The translations under genes were made by a program, and so were the position numbers. The notes under the pieces are model-generated. The model was not told the DNA's origin and made no database searches. It worked only from the letters and a program-made list of their open reading frames with translations. A stretch of DNA of 64,000 bases from an uncultured Candidatus Rokubacteria bacterium. GTDB taxonomy: Bacteria; Methylomirabilota; Methylomirabilia; Rokubacteriales; CSP1-6. How positions within the stretch are numbered: the stretch's first letter is position 1; every line of letters starts with the position of its first letter. Of this stretch, positions 41,605 to 51,849 are shown in pieces. The stretch covers positions 1 to 64,000 of the forward strand of contig CAVYTA010000008.1 in assembly GCA_963771355.1 (NCBI GenBank), written 5' to 3'.

Positions 41605-42609
41605 GTGGCCACGCCCCTCGGGATCGACGTCCACGCTCACTTCTTCCCCGAGGCCTTCATGCGGGTGATGGAGGAGGCCGGCGCGCCGTTCGGCGCCGGC
41701 GTGCACCGCAACAACCCGAAGGGTCCGGCGCTCTACGTGCGCGACTCGCGCACCCCGCCCCTGGAGGCGCGCTACTGGGACCTGGACCTGCGCCTGAAGT
41801 CCATGAACCGCCAGGGCGTGGCGGTCCAGGCCCTGTCCCTCACGGCTCCGATGGTCTACTGGGCCGACGGGCCGGTGGGCGCGCGCCTCTGCGCCGCCTT
41901 CAACGATGCCGCCAGCGCCGCGCATGTGGCCCATCCCGACCGCTTCGTGGGCTGCGCCACCTTGCCCATGCAGGATCCGCCGCGCGCGCTCGCCGAGCTC
42001 GAGCGCGCGGCACGGCTGCCGGGCATCCGGGGCGTGTACCTCGGCACCAATGTCGGCGGGCGCGAGCTCTCCGATCCCGCGTTCTTCCCCGTGCTCGAGC
42101 GCGCGGCGGCGCTGGGCCTGCCCGTGCTGCTCCACCCCATCAACGTGATCGGGGCCGAGCGCCTCAAGCCCTTCTACCTGAGCAATCTGCTGGGCAATCC
42201 GTTCGATAGCGCGATTGCGGCGGCGCATCTCGTCTTCGGCGGCGTGCTGGACCGGCTGCCGAAGCTGGAGGTCTGCCTGCCCCACGCGGGCGGCGCCCTG
42301 CCGTATCTGCACGGGCGGCTCCGCCACGGCCAGGCGGTGCGGCCCGAGAACCAGGGCGTGGCCAAGAAGCCCTTCAGCGCGTATCTGCGCCGCTTCACCT
42401 ACGACATCATCAGCCACGACCCCGGCGGTCTCCGGTACCTCGTGGCGACGGTGGGGGCCGATCGCGTCGCCCTCGGCACCGACTTCTGCTTCGACATGGG
42501 CTACGAACGGCCGGTGGCGGCCATCCAGGCCAAGGCGGTCGGGCTCAGCCGGAAGGACCAGGACCGCATCATCCGAGGAACGGGCGCCCGGCTCCTGCGC
42601 CTGACCTGA
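41605..42609 (+). CDS. amidohydrolase-2 family (ACMSD/decarboxylase-like)
   Basis: IDVHAH, LLHP, HAGG, GTDF; GTG start inferred. Confidence 0.85.
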   Translation: MATPLGIDVHAHFFPEAFMRVMEEAGAPFGAGVHRNNPKGPALYVRDSRTPPLEARYWDLDLRLKSMNRQGVAVQALSLTAPMVYWADGPVGARLCAAFNDAASAAHVAHPDRFVGCATLPMQDPPRALAELERAARLPGIRGVYLGTNVGGRELSDPAFFPVLERAAALGLPVLLHPINVIGAERLKPFYLSNLLGNPFDSAIAAAHLVFGGVLDRLPKLEVCLPHAGGALPYLHGRLRHGQAVRPENQGVAKKPFSAYLRRFTYDIISHDPGGLRYLVATVGADRVALGTDFCFDMGYERPVAAIQAKAVGLSRKDQDRIIRGTGARLLRLT

Positions 42610-42616
42610 GCCTGCC

Positions 42617-43477
42617 ATGCGGCCGGACTTCTGGATCATCCAGACGTTCAACGGCCTCTCCTACGGCGCGCTCCTCTTCCTGCTCGCTAGCGGCCTGTCG
42701 CTCATTTTTGGCGTCATGAGAGTGGTCAATCTCGCGCACGGTTCTTACTTCATGCTGGGCGGCTACGTGGGCCTCACGGTGGCGCTGCGGACCCAGAGCT
42801 TCGCGCTGGCCCTGCTGGGCGGCGCGGTGGCCATCGCGCTCATCGGCATGGGCATGGAACGGTTCTTCCTCCGCCGCCTCCGGGGCCAGACGCTGGGCCA
42901 GGTGCTGATGACGGTGGGCTTCGCGCTCATCTTCCAGGACCTGGCGCTCCTCATCTGGGGCGGCGATCCCCATTCCATCCCGGTGCCGCCGCTGCTCTCG
43001 CGCACCTTCCAGATCTCCGGCATCACCTTTTCGACCTATCGCCTCTTCCTGATCGCGGTCGCGTGCGTGGTGGGGGCGGCGCTCTGGCTCCTGCTGGACC
43101 GCACCCGCATCGGCGCGGTGATCCGCGCGGCGGTGGACGACGCGGAGATGGCCGGCGGCGTGGGCATCAACGTGCCGCGCGCGTCCCTGGGCGTGTTCGC
43201 GCTGGGCGCCGGCCTTGCTGCGCTGGGCGGCGTCATCGGCGGCGGCTTCCTCGGCGTCTACCCCGGCGCGGACTTCGAGGTGCTGCCCTATGCCTTCGTG
43301 GTGGTGATCGTGGGCGGGCTCGGAAGCCTGCCCGGCGCCATGCTGGGAAGCCTCCTCGTGGGCCTCCTCGACAATTTCGGCAAGGCGCTCTTCCCCGAGC
43401 TGTCCTACTTCACGCTCTTCGCGCCCATGGCCGCCATTCTCGCCATCCGGCCCACGGGCCTCTTCGGCCGCTCGTGA
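42617..43477 (+). CDS. branched-chain amino acid-type ABC permease (LivH-like)
   Basis: ASGLSLIFGVMRVVNLAHG, VVVIVGGLGS. Confidence 0.9.
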   Translation: MRPDFWIIQTFNGLSYGALLFLLASGLSLIFGVMRVVNLAHGSYFMLGGYVGLTVALRTQSFALALLGGAVAIALIGMGMERFFLRRLRGQTLGQVLMTVGFALIFQDLALLIWGGDPHSIPVPPLLSRTFQISGITFSTYRLFLIAVACVVGAALWLLLDRTRIGAVIRAAVDDAEMAGGVGINVPRASLGVFALGAGLAALGGVIGGGFLGVYPGADFEVLPYAFVVVIVGGLGSLPGAMLGSLLVGLLDNFGKALFPELSYFTLFAPMAAILAIRPTGLFGRS

Positions 43478-44400
43478 TCCGCCGCCGCGCGCTGCTCGCC
43501 GGCGGAGTCACTGCGCTCCTCGCCCTCGCGGCCCCCTTCCTGCCCGCGTATCCGCTGACGCTCGTCACCCAGGCCCTCATCGTCGCCGTCCTCGCCATGA
43601 GCCTCGACGTGCTGCTGGGATATACCGGCATGCCGTCCCTGGGCCATGCCGCCTACTGGGGGGTGGGTGCCTATGCGGTGGCGCTGCTCGCCACCGAGCG
43701 CGGCGTCGGCCTCGGGGGCTGTCTCGTCGCCGGCGTGCTGCTCGCGGGCGCCACCGCGGCCGTCTTCGGCCTCGTCGCCATCCGCGCCGCCGGCACGTAC
43801 TTCCTCATGATCACGCTCGCGCTCGGCATGGTGGTCTGGGGCCTGGCCTTCCGGTGGGTCTCCCTCACCAAGGGCGACAACGGGGTATCCGGCGTGCCGC
43901 GCCCGAGCCTGCCGGGCGTGGGCGTCCTCGACGCGCCGCTGCCCTTCTTCTACTTCGCGCTCGCCGCCGCCTTCCTGGCCTGGGCGCTGCTGGGGCTGCT
44001 CGTCGCCTCGCCCTTCGGTCTCACCTTGCGGGGGATCCGCGAGAGCGAGTCGCGCATGCGGAGCCTCGGCTATCACGTGTGGCTGCACAAGTATCTCGCC
44101 TTCGTGCTGTCCGGCACGGTGGCGGGCTGGGGCGGCGTGCTCTGGGCCTACTACAACGGCTTCGTCTCGCCCACCGACGTGCAGCTCATCACCTCGGTGG
44201 AGGCGCTCCTCATGGTGGCCCTGGGCGGTCCGGGCACCCTGGTCGGCTCGGTGCTGGGCGCGGGCGTCATCGTGTTCCTCAAGAACTTCGTCAGCCTCTA
44301 CACCAAGCGCTGGCTGCTCATCCTGGGCGGCGTGTACATCGGCGTCATCCTCTTCGCGCCCCGCGGCGTGATGGGGGCCCTCCGGGGCCGGCCACGCTAG
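43474..44400 (+). CDS. branched-chain amino acid-type ABC permease (LivM-like)
   Basis: GYTGMPSLGHAA, YFLMITLA, GIRESE, GGPGTL. Confidence 0.9.
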   Translation: MIRRRALLAGGVTALLALAAPFLPAYPLTLVTQALIVAVLAMSLDVLLGYTGMPSLGHAAYWGVGAYAVALLATERGVGLGGCLVAGVLLAGATAAVFGLVAIRAAGTYFLMITLALGMVVWGLAFRWVSLTKGDNGVSGVPRPSLPGVGVLDAPLPFFYFALAAAFLAWALLGLLVASPFGLTLRGIRESESRMRSLGYHVWLHKYLAFVLSGTVAGWGGVLWAYYNGFVSPTDVQLITSVEALLMVALGGPGTLVGSVLGAGVIVFLKNFVSLYTKRWLLILGGVYIGVILFAPRGVMGALRGRPR

Positions 44401-45131
44401 CCCTCACCCTCGCGGGCGTGTCGAAGTCCTTCGGCGGGCTCCGCGCGGTGGAGGACGTGACGCTCAGCGTGCGCCCGGGCGAGCGCCGCGCCCTCATCGG
44501 GCCGAACGGCGCCGGCAAGACCACGCTGTTCAACCTGATCTCGGGCACGCTGCCGGTGTCGGACGGCGCCATCTCGCTCTTCGGGCAGGACGTGACGCGC
44601 GCCCCCACGCACCGGCGCGCGGCGCTGGGGCTGGCGCGCACCTTCCAGATCACCAATCTCTTTCCCGACCTCACCGTGCTGGAGAACTGTCTTCTCGCCG
44701 TCCAGGCGCTGTCCCCAGTGAAGTTCAGCATGCTGCGCCCGATGACCGCGTACGGGGCCCTGCACGAGCGCGCCCGCGCCATGCTGGAGGCGGTGGGCCT
44801 GGAGGCAGTGGCGGAGGCGCGGGTGAACGTCCTGTCCCACGGGGAGCAGCGCCAGCTCGAGATCGCGCTGGCCCTGGCGGGCCGCCCGCGCGTGCTCCTC
44901 CTCGACGAGCCCACCGCGGGCCTCTCGCCGGCAGAGTCGCGGCTGATGGCGGCGCTCCTCGCCCGGCTCGATCCCGCCATCACCGTGCTCATGATCGAGC
45001 ACGACATGGACATCGCGCTGGAGCTCTCCCCCACCGTGACCGTGCTTCACTACGGCCGCGTCATCGCGGACGGCTCCCGCGAGGCGATCCGGGCCGATCC
45101 ACAGGTGCGAGAGATCTACCTCGGTGGCTGA
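44394..45131 (+). CDS. ABC ATPase (LivG-like); start codon unclear
   Basis: VSKSFGGL, GPNGAGKTT, ARTFQ, LSHGEQR, IEHDM; ACG at 44394 or GTG at 44418. Confidence 0.88.
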   Translation, partial: TLALTLAGVSKSFGGLRAVEDVTLSVRPGERRALIGPNGAGKTTLFNLISGTLPVSDGAISLFGQDVTRAPTHRRAALGLARTFQITNLFPDLTVLENCLLAVQALSPVKFSMLRPMTAYGALHERARAMLEAVGLEAVAEARVNVLSHGEQRQLEIALALAGRPRVLLLDEPTAGLSPAESRLMAALLARLDPAITVLMIEHDMDIALELSPTVTVLHYGRVIADGSREAIRADPQVREIYLGG

Positions 45132-45852
45132 ATCCGGCGCGGTCGTGGGGAAGGTGCCAGTGCTCGAGGTGGAAAACGTCCACACCTACTACGGCGCGAG
45201 CCACGTGCTCCAGGGGATCTCGCTCCGCGTGGCCGAGGGCGAGGTGCTCACCATCCTGGGCCGGAACGGCACGGGCAAGACCACGCTCATTCGCTCCATC
45301 ATCGGGTTCTCGCCGCCAAGGCGCGGCGCGGTGCGATTCCGCGGGACCGACATCACCCGCTGGCCGTCGTACCGGATGGTCGCGGCGGGCATGGCGCTGG
45401 TGCCGCAGGGGCGGCGGGTGTTTCCCTCGCTCAGCGTGCGCGAGAACCTCGAGGTCGCGGCGGGCGGGCGCGGGCAGTGGAATGTCGAGCGGGTGTGCGG
45501 CCTCTTCCCGCGCCTGGCCGAGCGGGCGGGCAACCGCGCGAACAAGCTGTCCGGCGGCGAGCAGCAGATGCTCGCCATCGGCCGCGCGCTGATGACCAAC
45601 CCGATCCTGCTCCTCCTCGACGAGCCCACGGAGGGCCTGGCGCCGCTGCTGGTGCGCGAGGTCGGCCGCGTGCTGAGCGAGCTGCGGCGCGAGGGCCTGT
45701 CGATCCTTCTGGTCGAGCAGAACCTGCCGCTGGCGCTCTCGGTGGCGGACCGCGCCCAGATCCTGAGCCGCGGCCAGATCGTCCACTCGGGCACGCCCGC
45801 CGAGCTGGCCGCGAACGAGGACGTGAAATCGCGCTATCTTGGGATCACGTGA
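45124..45852 (+). CDS. ABC ATPase (LivF-like)
   Basis: GRNGTGKTT, LSGGEQQMLAI, LLVEQN. Confidence 0.9.
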   Translation: MAESGAVVGKVPVLEVENVHTYYGASHVLQGISLRVAEGEVLTILGRNGTGKTTLIRSIIGFSPPRRGAVRFRGTDITRWPSYRMVAAGMALVPQGRRVFPSLSVRENLEVAAGGRGQWNVERVCGLFPRLAERAGNRANKLSGGEQQMLAIGRALMTNPILLLLDEPTEGLAPLLVREVGRVLSELRREGLSILLVEQNLPLALSVADRAQILSRGQIVHSGTPAELAANEDVKSRYLGIT

Positions 45853-45863
45853 GGAGGTTCGGC

Positions 45864-46925
45864 ATGCGCTTCGGCACCTTCTACTTCTTCCAGGCTCCGC
45901 CGGGCCACCGGCACGAGGACATCATCCGCCGCGAGCTCGAGCAGATCGAGTGGACGGAGGAGCTGGGCTTCGACGAGGCGTGGCTCACCGAGCATCACTT
46001 CATCGACTACGGCCTCTCGGTGGATCCCGCCAGTCTCGCCGCCGCGGCCGCCTCGCGCACCCGGCGCATTCGCATCGGCCTTGCCGCCGCCATCTTGCCC
46101 TTTCACCACCCCCTGCGCCTGGCCGAGCAGATGGCGCTGGTGGACATCATCTCCGGCGGGCGGCTCGACGTGGGCGTGGGGCGTGGCAACCGGCCCGCCG
46201 AGTTCCGCGGCTTCCGCGTGCCGCAGGAGCAGAGCCGCGACCGCTTCGACGAGGCGGTGGAGATCCTCCAGCGCGCCTGGACGGAGGAGCGATTCAGCTA
46301 CGACGGCCGCTTCTTCCAGGTGCCGGAGATCTCGGTGATCCCCAAGCCGGTGCAGAAGCCGCACCCGCCGCTCTACCAGGTCTGCGTGAGCAAGGACGGC
46401 ATCGAGAACACCGCGCTGCGTGGCTGGCCCATGCTCAACTCCGTGCTCTTCGGGCCGGTGGAGCAGCTCATCGGCAACCGCGACACCTACGTGGACACGC
46501 TGAAGAAGGCGGGCCGCCGCCCGGACGAGATCGCCGCGCTCCTCGGCCGCTGGGGCGTGTCCCGCCAGATCTACGTGGCGGACACCGACGCGCGCGCGCT
46601 GGCCGAGACCAAGGACGCCGAGCTCTGGTACCAGGAGTCATTCAAGCGGTTCGTCATCCCGGATCGGATCGACGACGCACATCCCACGCTCCAGCCCGGC
46701 TTCCGCGCCATGGCCCAGCGGCTCTCCCAGGTGACGTGGGAAGGCCTGGTGAAGGAGACCCTGGCCTTCGGCTCGCCCGACACCGTGGCGCGCCACATCG
46801 AGACCATGCGCCAGATGGGCGTGGGCCAGGTGATGTGCTGGATGAACTTCGGCGGGCTGCCCCAGGACAAGATCCGCCGCTCCATGGAGCTCTTCGCCCG
46901 CGAGGTCATGCCCCGGTTCCGATGA
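45864..46925 (+). CDS. luciferase-like (LLM class) flavin-dependent monooxygenase
   Basis: LGFDEAWLTEHHF, HPLRLAE, SGGRLDVGVGRG; GAGGAGG RBS. Confidence 0.9.
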   Translation: MRFGTFYFFQAPPGHRHEDIIRRELEQIEWTEELGFDEAWLTEHHFIDYGLSVDPASLAAAAASRTRRIRIGLAAAILPFHHPLRLAEQMALVDIISGGRLDVGVGRGNRPAEFRGFRVPQEQSRDRFDEAVEILQRAWTEERFSYDGRFFQVPEISVIPKPVQKPHPPLYQVCVSKDGIENTALRGWPMLNSVLFGPVEQLIGNRDTYVDTLKKAGRRPDEIAALLGRWGVSRQIYVADTDARALAETKDAELWYQESFKRFVIPDRIDDAHPTLQPGFRAMAQRLSQVTWEGLVKETLAFGSPDTVARHIETMRQMGVGQVMCWMNFGGLPQDKIRRSMELFAREVMPRFR

Positions 46926-46956
46926 GGAGACGGTAAGGCGACGCCCCGAGGAGACG

Positions 46957-47731
46957 ATGAAGACCAACTACCGCCTGGAAGGCCCCGCCGACGCGCCCGT
47001 CGTCACGCTGGCCCATCCGCTCGGCGCCACCCTCGCGATGTGGGACGCGCAGGTGGCGGCGCTGCGGCCCCGCTACCGCGTGCTCCGCTACGACATCCGC
47101 GGCCACGGCGGCACCGAGGTCCCGCCCGGCCCCTACACGCTGGAGCAGATGGCCGACGACCTCCTCGCGCTGCTCGAACCAGCTCGGGATCCGCGAGACC
47201 CACTTCGTGGGCCTCTCCATGGGCGGCCTCATCGGCATGACGGCGGCGCTCCGCTTTCCCGACCGCATCCGCCGCCTCGTCCTCTGCGACACCACCGCGC
47301 AGTACGGTCCGGCGGTGGAGGGGATGTGGCACGAGCGCCTGCGGGTGGCGGAGACGGAGGGCATGACGGAGAGCCTCATCGAGCGCACCATGGCCATCTG
47401 GTTCACCGCGAAGTTCCGCGCGGAGCACGCGGCCCAGGTGGACCGCGTGCGCGCCATGCTCCGCGCCACCGATCCCCGCGGCTACGCGGCGTCCATCCGC
47501 GCCATCGGCTTCGTGAACCTCATTCCCCGCCTCGGCGCCATCCGCTCGCCCACGCTCGTCATCGTCGGCGAGCAGGATCCCGGCACCCCGCTCACCATGG
47601 CCGAGGTGCTCCACGCGAAGATCCCGGGCGCGCGCCTGGTGGTGCTGCCCGGCGCCATGCACTGCTCCGCGGTGGAGGAGGCGGCGGCCTTCAACCGCGC
47701 GGTGGGGGAGTTTCTCGCCGGGGGGAAGTGA
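46957..47731 (+). CDS. 3-oxoadipate enol-lactonase-like alpha/beta hydrolase, split by a +1 frameshift near 47177
   Basis: RYDIRGHG in one frame; removing one A of 47177-47178 joins it to HFVGLSMGG...GEQDPGTP...H. Confidence 0.82.
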
Positions 47732-47955
47732 CGGCGAAGCCGATCACTGCGTCGGCAGCCTGCTCTCGGCCATGCTCAGCTCGAATGAGGTGCGATCCGG
47801 CGGCGTCCCGAAGATGGTGAAGTACGTGCCCTGCTGCCGCCCGAGCTTCACCTGGGACTGCTCGGCGCACCGCCTGCCCGGACGAGAGCGATTCCCTTCG
47901 GCCGCCCCGGGGCACGCTATACTCAGCCTCCAACCCGCTCGAACAGGAGGCCTTC

Positions 47956-48741
47956 ATGGTGGGCTCGGGGGAGGAGCTTCCGGCGGGCCGGAATCGGGTC
48001 ACCGTCCTCACCTCCGTCGTGCTTCTCGTCATCGCCGCCGGCGCGTGGGTGACCGTGATCCAGTCCAGCCGGCGAGGCGACGACATGATGATGACGATGC
48101 CGATGCCGGCGACGGCCGCCGCCGGCTTCGCCTTCGTGGTGAGCTGGGGCATCATGATGACCGCGATGATGTTGCCGAGCGCGCTCCCGATGATCTCGCT
48201 GTACGGCGCGATTCAGCGGGGTGCGGGTAGCGCGGGCGCGAAAGGACTGCCCGTCGCGGGGTTCACCGCCGTCTACCTTCTCCTGTGGGCCGCGAGCGGG
48301 GTCCCGGTCTATTTCGCTCATACCCTCCTGATGCAGCTTCCCGGGTCCGCGTTCGGCTATGGGGTCGCGGTGATCCTGCTGGCGGCGGGAGCCTTCCAGC
48401 TCTCGCCGCTCAAGCAGATGTGTCTTCGCGCGTGTCGGAGCCCGCTGGCCTTTCTCCTCGGCCACTGGCGCGCGGGCCGCCGGGGCAGCCTTGCGCTCGG
48501 CTGGTCGCATGCGGTGTACTGTCTTGGATGTTGCTGGGCGCTCATGCTGGTGCTCGTCGCCGCCGGCGCAATGGGTCTCCGGTGGGTGCTCCTCATCACC
48601 GCCGTGGTGGCAGCCGAGAAGCTGCTACCGGGCGGCGAATGGTTCGCGCGGGCCGCCGGCGCGGCCCTCTTGCTTCTCGGCGTAACGGTGGCACTCCGTC
48701 CCGATCTCGTGACGGTGCTGCGGGGCGGTCACGGGATGTGA
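47956..48741 (+). CDS. DUF2182-like predicted metal-binding membrane protein
   Basis: WGIMMTAMMLPS, QLSPLKQMCLRAC, YCLGCCWALM, EK. Confidence 0.85.
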   Translation: MVGSGEELPAGRNRVTVLTSVVLLVIAAGAWVTVIQSSRRGDDMMMTMPMPATAAAGFAFVVSWGIMMTAMMLPSALPMISLYGAIQRGAGSAGAKGLPVAGFTAVYLLLWAASGVPVYFAHTLLMQLPGSAFGYGVAVILLAAGAFQLSPLKQMCLRACRSPLAFLLGHWRAGRRGSLALGWSHAVYCLGCCWALMLVLVAAGAMGLRWVLLITAVVAAEKLLPGGEWFARAAGAALLLLGVTVALRPDLVTVLRGGHGM

Positions 48742-48769
48742 TCGCGCGTGGCCCCAGTGGAGGTTGCTC

Positions 48770-49391
48770 ATGGCGAAGTCCCAGTGGAAGATCAGCGGCG
48801 ACTACTTCGAGGCGTGTAGCTGCGACTCCGTGTGCCCGTGCCCGACCTCGGGCCTGGCCGCCCGGCCGACCAAGGAGGCCTGCGACGCCGGCCTCGTCTT
48901 CCATGTCGAGCGCGGCGCGCACGGAACGACCACGCTCGACGGGCTCAGCTTCGCGGTGCTCCTCCACACCCCGGGGCCGATGATCGCGGGAAACTGGACC
49001 GTGGGCGTGATCGTGGACGAGCGAGCCACCGCCGAGCAGCGCGAAGCCCTCGTGGCGATCGGGAGCGGGCAGAGCGGGGGGCCCATGGCGGCGGTGGGAC
49101 CGCTGGTGGGCACGTTCGCCGGCGTGGAAAGCAAGCCGATCCGGATCGAGCGCGAGGGGATGCGCCGGTCCGTGTCGATACCCGGCATGCTCGACATCGC
49201 CGTGGAGGGCATTCCCGGCGCCAGCCCCGACCGAGCCGATCTACCTCGACAACGTCGGCCACCCCGCCGCGAGCCGCCTCGCTCTGGCCAAGGCGTCGCG
49301 AGGCCACCTGCACGCCTTCGGGATCAACTGGGACGACACCTCCGGCAAGATCAACGGCCACTTCGCGCCGTTCGCTTGGAGCTCGAGCTAG
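48770..49391 (+). CDS. DUF1326-like protein, split by a +1 frameshift near 49225-49232
   Basis: GDYFEACSCDSVCPC...C; removing one C gives DEPIYLDNVGHP...NGHFAPFAWSSS stop at 49391. Confidence 0.82.
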
Positions 49392-49400
49392 CCTATTTTG

Positions 49401-49727
49401 TCACCCCCGATCGACAAGGACGAAGACACACCCCGTTTCTGAATGCACGTCTGCGTCGACAGATCCCGCGCTGGCGACGCTCGCCCATCCGGGACCCAGA
49501 CGGCGCCCGTCTTGGACGAGCTCGCCCTCCAGGATGAACAGGAACTCAGGGCTCTCGTGGGTATGCGGGGGGAATCGCGCTCCCGGTTCGAGCCGGACGA
49601 TCTGCATCTCCCAACCGTCCGTGACGGCGATGTCCCTCACGAAGATCCCGGCCGCCATCGTCGATGGCCGCCAGGGCAGATCATCGACGTTGACCGACCG
49701 GAAAGAACCGCGCGCGAGTGCGCTCAT
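49401..49727 (-). CDS. ChrR-like cupin
   Basis: PGARFPPHTHESPEFLFILEG, SETGC. Confidence 0.78.
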   Translation of the reverse strand: MSALARGSFRSVNVDDLPWRPSTMAAGIFVRDIAVTDGWEMQIVRLEPGARFPPHTHESPEFLFILEGELVQDGRRLGPGWASVASAGSVDADVHSETGCVFVLVDRG

Positions 49728-50251
49728 GGTTTCCTCTGGTCCGCGGTGCGGACCCTCCAGAGAGTGAAGCAGACCGCGCCGAAGAGTGCCGCCGCGATAC
49801 ACGCAAGGTGGAGCTGCGCCACGCCGACGAGCCCGAGGAAAGGATTGTGATCGGACCAGGGCATGAAGGGGCGTACGTCGGGATGCATGAGGCCATCCAG
49901 AAGCGGATGCGACAGGCCGCCGGTGAGACCCCCCACGAGTAGGCCCAGCGACGAGACTTCACCTCGTGCCCTCGAAGCGGGACCCGCGAGCGGCGCGACG
50001 AGCCGTGGAAAGACGACCGCGGACGCACGCACGATGACGAGGCCCAAGATGGCCACGACCAACCCGGCCGCCGTCGCGCCGAGGAATGAGTGGAAGAAGC
50101 GGTGCACCGGGTATTCCTGGCGGACCAAGTAGTAGAGCGTCTCGCAGTCGATGAGCACCTGGGCGGCGACAAAGGCGGACCACGAGAACACCGGGGCGGC
50201 GACGCCCTTGAGCGCAAGGCCCGGTCCGAAGTGGAAGGGGGTGAACGGCAA
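49724..50251 (-). CDS. membrane protein, DUF4184/metal-dependent hydrolase-like
   Basis: PFTPFH, HRFFHS, SHPLLDGLMH; TTG start. Confidence 0.72.
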   Translation of the reverse strand: MPFTPFHFGPGLALKGVAAPVFSWSAFVAAQVLIDCETLYYLVRQEYPVHRFFHSFLGATAAGLVVAILGLVIVRASAVVFPRLVAPLAGPASRARGEVSSLGLLVGGLTGGLSHPLLDGLMHPDVRPFMPWSDHNPFLGLVGVAQLHLACIAAALFGAVCFTLWRVRTADQRKP

Positions 50252-50257
50252 CTCGGT

Positions 50258-51784
50258 CTATTTCAGCCGGAGATCCTCGCCCGGCGCCGAATAGGGGAAG
50301 CCCTGGATCAGCCCCGCGCCGCTTTCCGCCACGCGCGGCCCCACCGCGCAGAGGAAGCCCTGCTGGAAGATCGGCGCCGCCAGCACCTGATCGGCGACGA
50401 TCTGCTGGATCTGGTGCAGGAGGGTTTCCCGCTTCTTGCGGTCCGTCTCCTTGGCCTGCTGCTGGAAGAGATCGTCGATCTGCGGCAGCGTGCCGTAGGC
50501 GTAGATGCCGGCCTTGGTGAAGAAGGGCTCCACCCGGGCGGCGGCGTTCCCGGCGGCGCCGGTGGCGCCGATGAGGAGCCCGCGGATCTTCTTCTCGCGC
50601 CAGGTGGTCATGAAGGTGGCGCGCTCCATGGTGCGTACGTGGCTCCGGATGCCGACCGCCTGAAGCATGCCCGACACCGTCTCGCCGAGTGTGGTGTAGG
50701 GGGGCAGCGGCGTGAGATCGCCCGCCTCGAAGCCGTTCGGGTGCCCGGCCTCCGCCAGGAGCCGCTTGGCGCGGGCGGGATCGAAGGCCGGCGGCGCGAT
50801 CTTCAGCGCGAAGTCGAACTCCGGCGGGACGAAGCCGCCGGTGGCCTTGCCCAGGCCCAGCATCTCGGCCTGGTTGATGGCTTGCCGGTCGATGGCGTGG
50901 CTGGCGGCCAGGCGCACCCGGCGATCGTGCCAGGGCGACTTCGGATCCCACTGGTCGAGGAAATCCAGCCAGTAGACGCCGTAGAGCAGCGGGGCCACCA
51001 CCTTGATGCCGGTGGAGCGCCGGAGCTCCTCGGCCACGGTGCCCCCGAAGAGATAAGCCAGATCCACCTCGCCCGTCTTCACCGCGGCCGCGCGCGTGGT
51101 CTCGTCGGGGATGGAGCGCATGGTGATGCGCTTCACCTGGGGTGCCTTCCGCCAGTACTCCGGGAACGCCTCCAGCGCCAGCTCCACGCCGGGATTGAAC
51201 GAGGCGAACTTGAACGGCCCCGCGCCCACCGGGGCTTTCTTGTACGCGTCCTCGCCGACTTTCTCGATGTGCTTCTTCGGCACGATCCAGCTCGCGCCGG
51301 TGGCCGAGGTGCCGTAGAACGACATGAAGTCCGGCCACGGCTCCTTCAGGATGATGCGCACGCGGTTCGGGGCCGGCGTCTGGATCTCCTTCACCGCGTC
51401 CTTGAGGACTTTCGCGCCGCTGCCCTTGTAGCGCTCGAAGGTGAACTTCACGTCCTCCGCGGTGACGGGGTCGCCGTTGTGGAACTTGGCGTTCTTCCGG
51501 AGCACGAACTCGTAGGTGACGTTGTCCTTGGCGAGCGTCCAGGATTCGGCCAGGCTCGGGGTCATGATGCCGTTCGGCATGGGCTTCACCAGGGCATCAT
51601 GGAGGAGATAGAGCACCATGAAGGGCGTGATGAGCGCTTCCGTCTCGCCGGGATCGAGCCAGCGGGAGACGAGGGTGACGTGCACGCCGATGGCCAGGGT
51701 GCCATCGGGGGGCACCGCCGCGGCCGGCCGGCCGGCCGCGAGAAGCGCCAGGGTAAGCACGAGAATAGTGATCCGGACACGCAT
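50258..51784 (-). CDS. ABC peptide/nickel-family (SBP family 5) substrate-binding protein
   Basis: PSLAESW, FHNGDPVTAEDVKFT, PVGAGPF. Confidence 0.9.
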   Translation of the reverse strand: MRVRITILVLTLALLAAGRPAAAVPPDGTLAIGVHVTLVSRWLDPGETEALITPFMVLYLLHDALVKPMPNGIMTPSLAESWTLAKDNVTYEFVLRKNAKFHNGDPVTAEDVKFTFERYKGSGAKVLKDAVKEIQTPAPNRVRIILKEPWPDFMSFYGTSATGASWIVPKKHIEKVGEDAYKKAPVGAGPFKFASFNPGVELALEAFPEYWRKAPQVKRITMRSIPDETTRAAAVKTGEVDLAYLFGGTVAEELRRSTGIKVVAPLLYGVYWLDFLDQWDPKSPWHDRRVRLAASHAIDRQAINQAEMLGLGKATGGFVPPEFDFALKIAPPAFDPARAKRLLAEAGHPNGFEAGDLTPLPPYTTLGETVSGMLQAVGIRSHVRTMERATFMTTWREKKIRGLLIGATGAAGNAAARVEPFFTKAGIYAYGTLPQIDDLFQQQAKETDRKKRETLLHQIQQIVADQVLAAPIFQQGFLCAVGPRVAESGAGLIQGFPYSAPGEDLRLK

Positions 51785-51849
51785 CGGTCACCTCCGAAGG
51801 ATTGGTCCCGCAGAAGCTAGCACGATTCACCGGGAGCGCGGGCGCGCGT

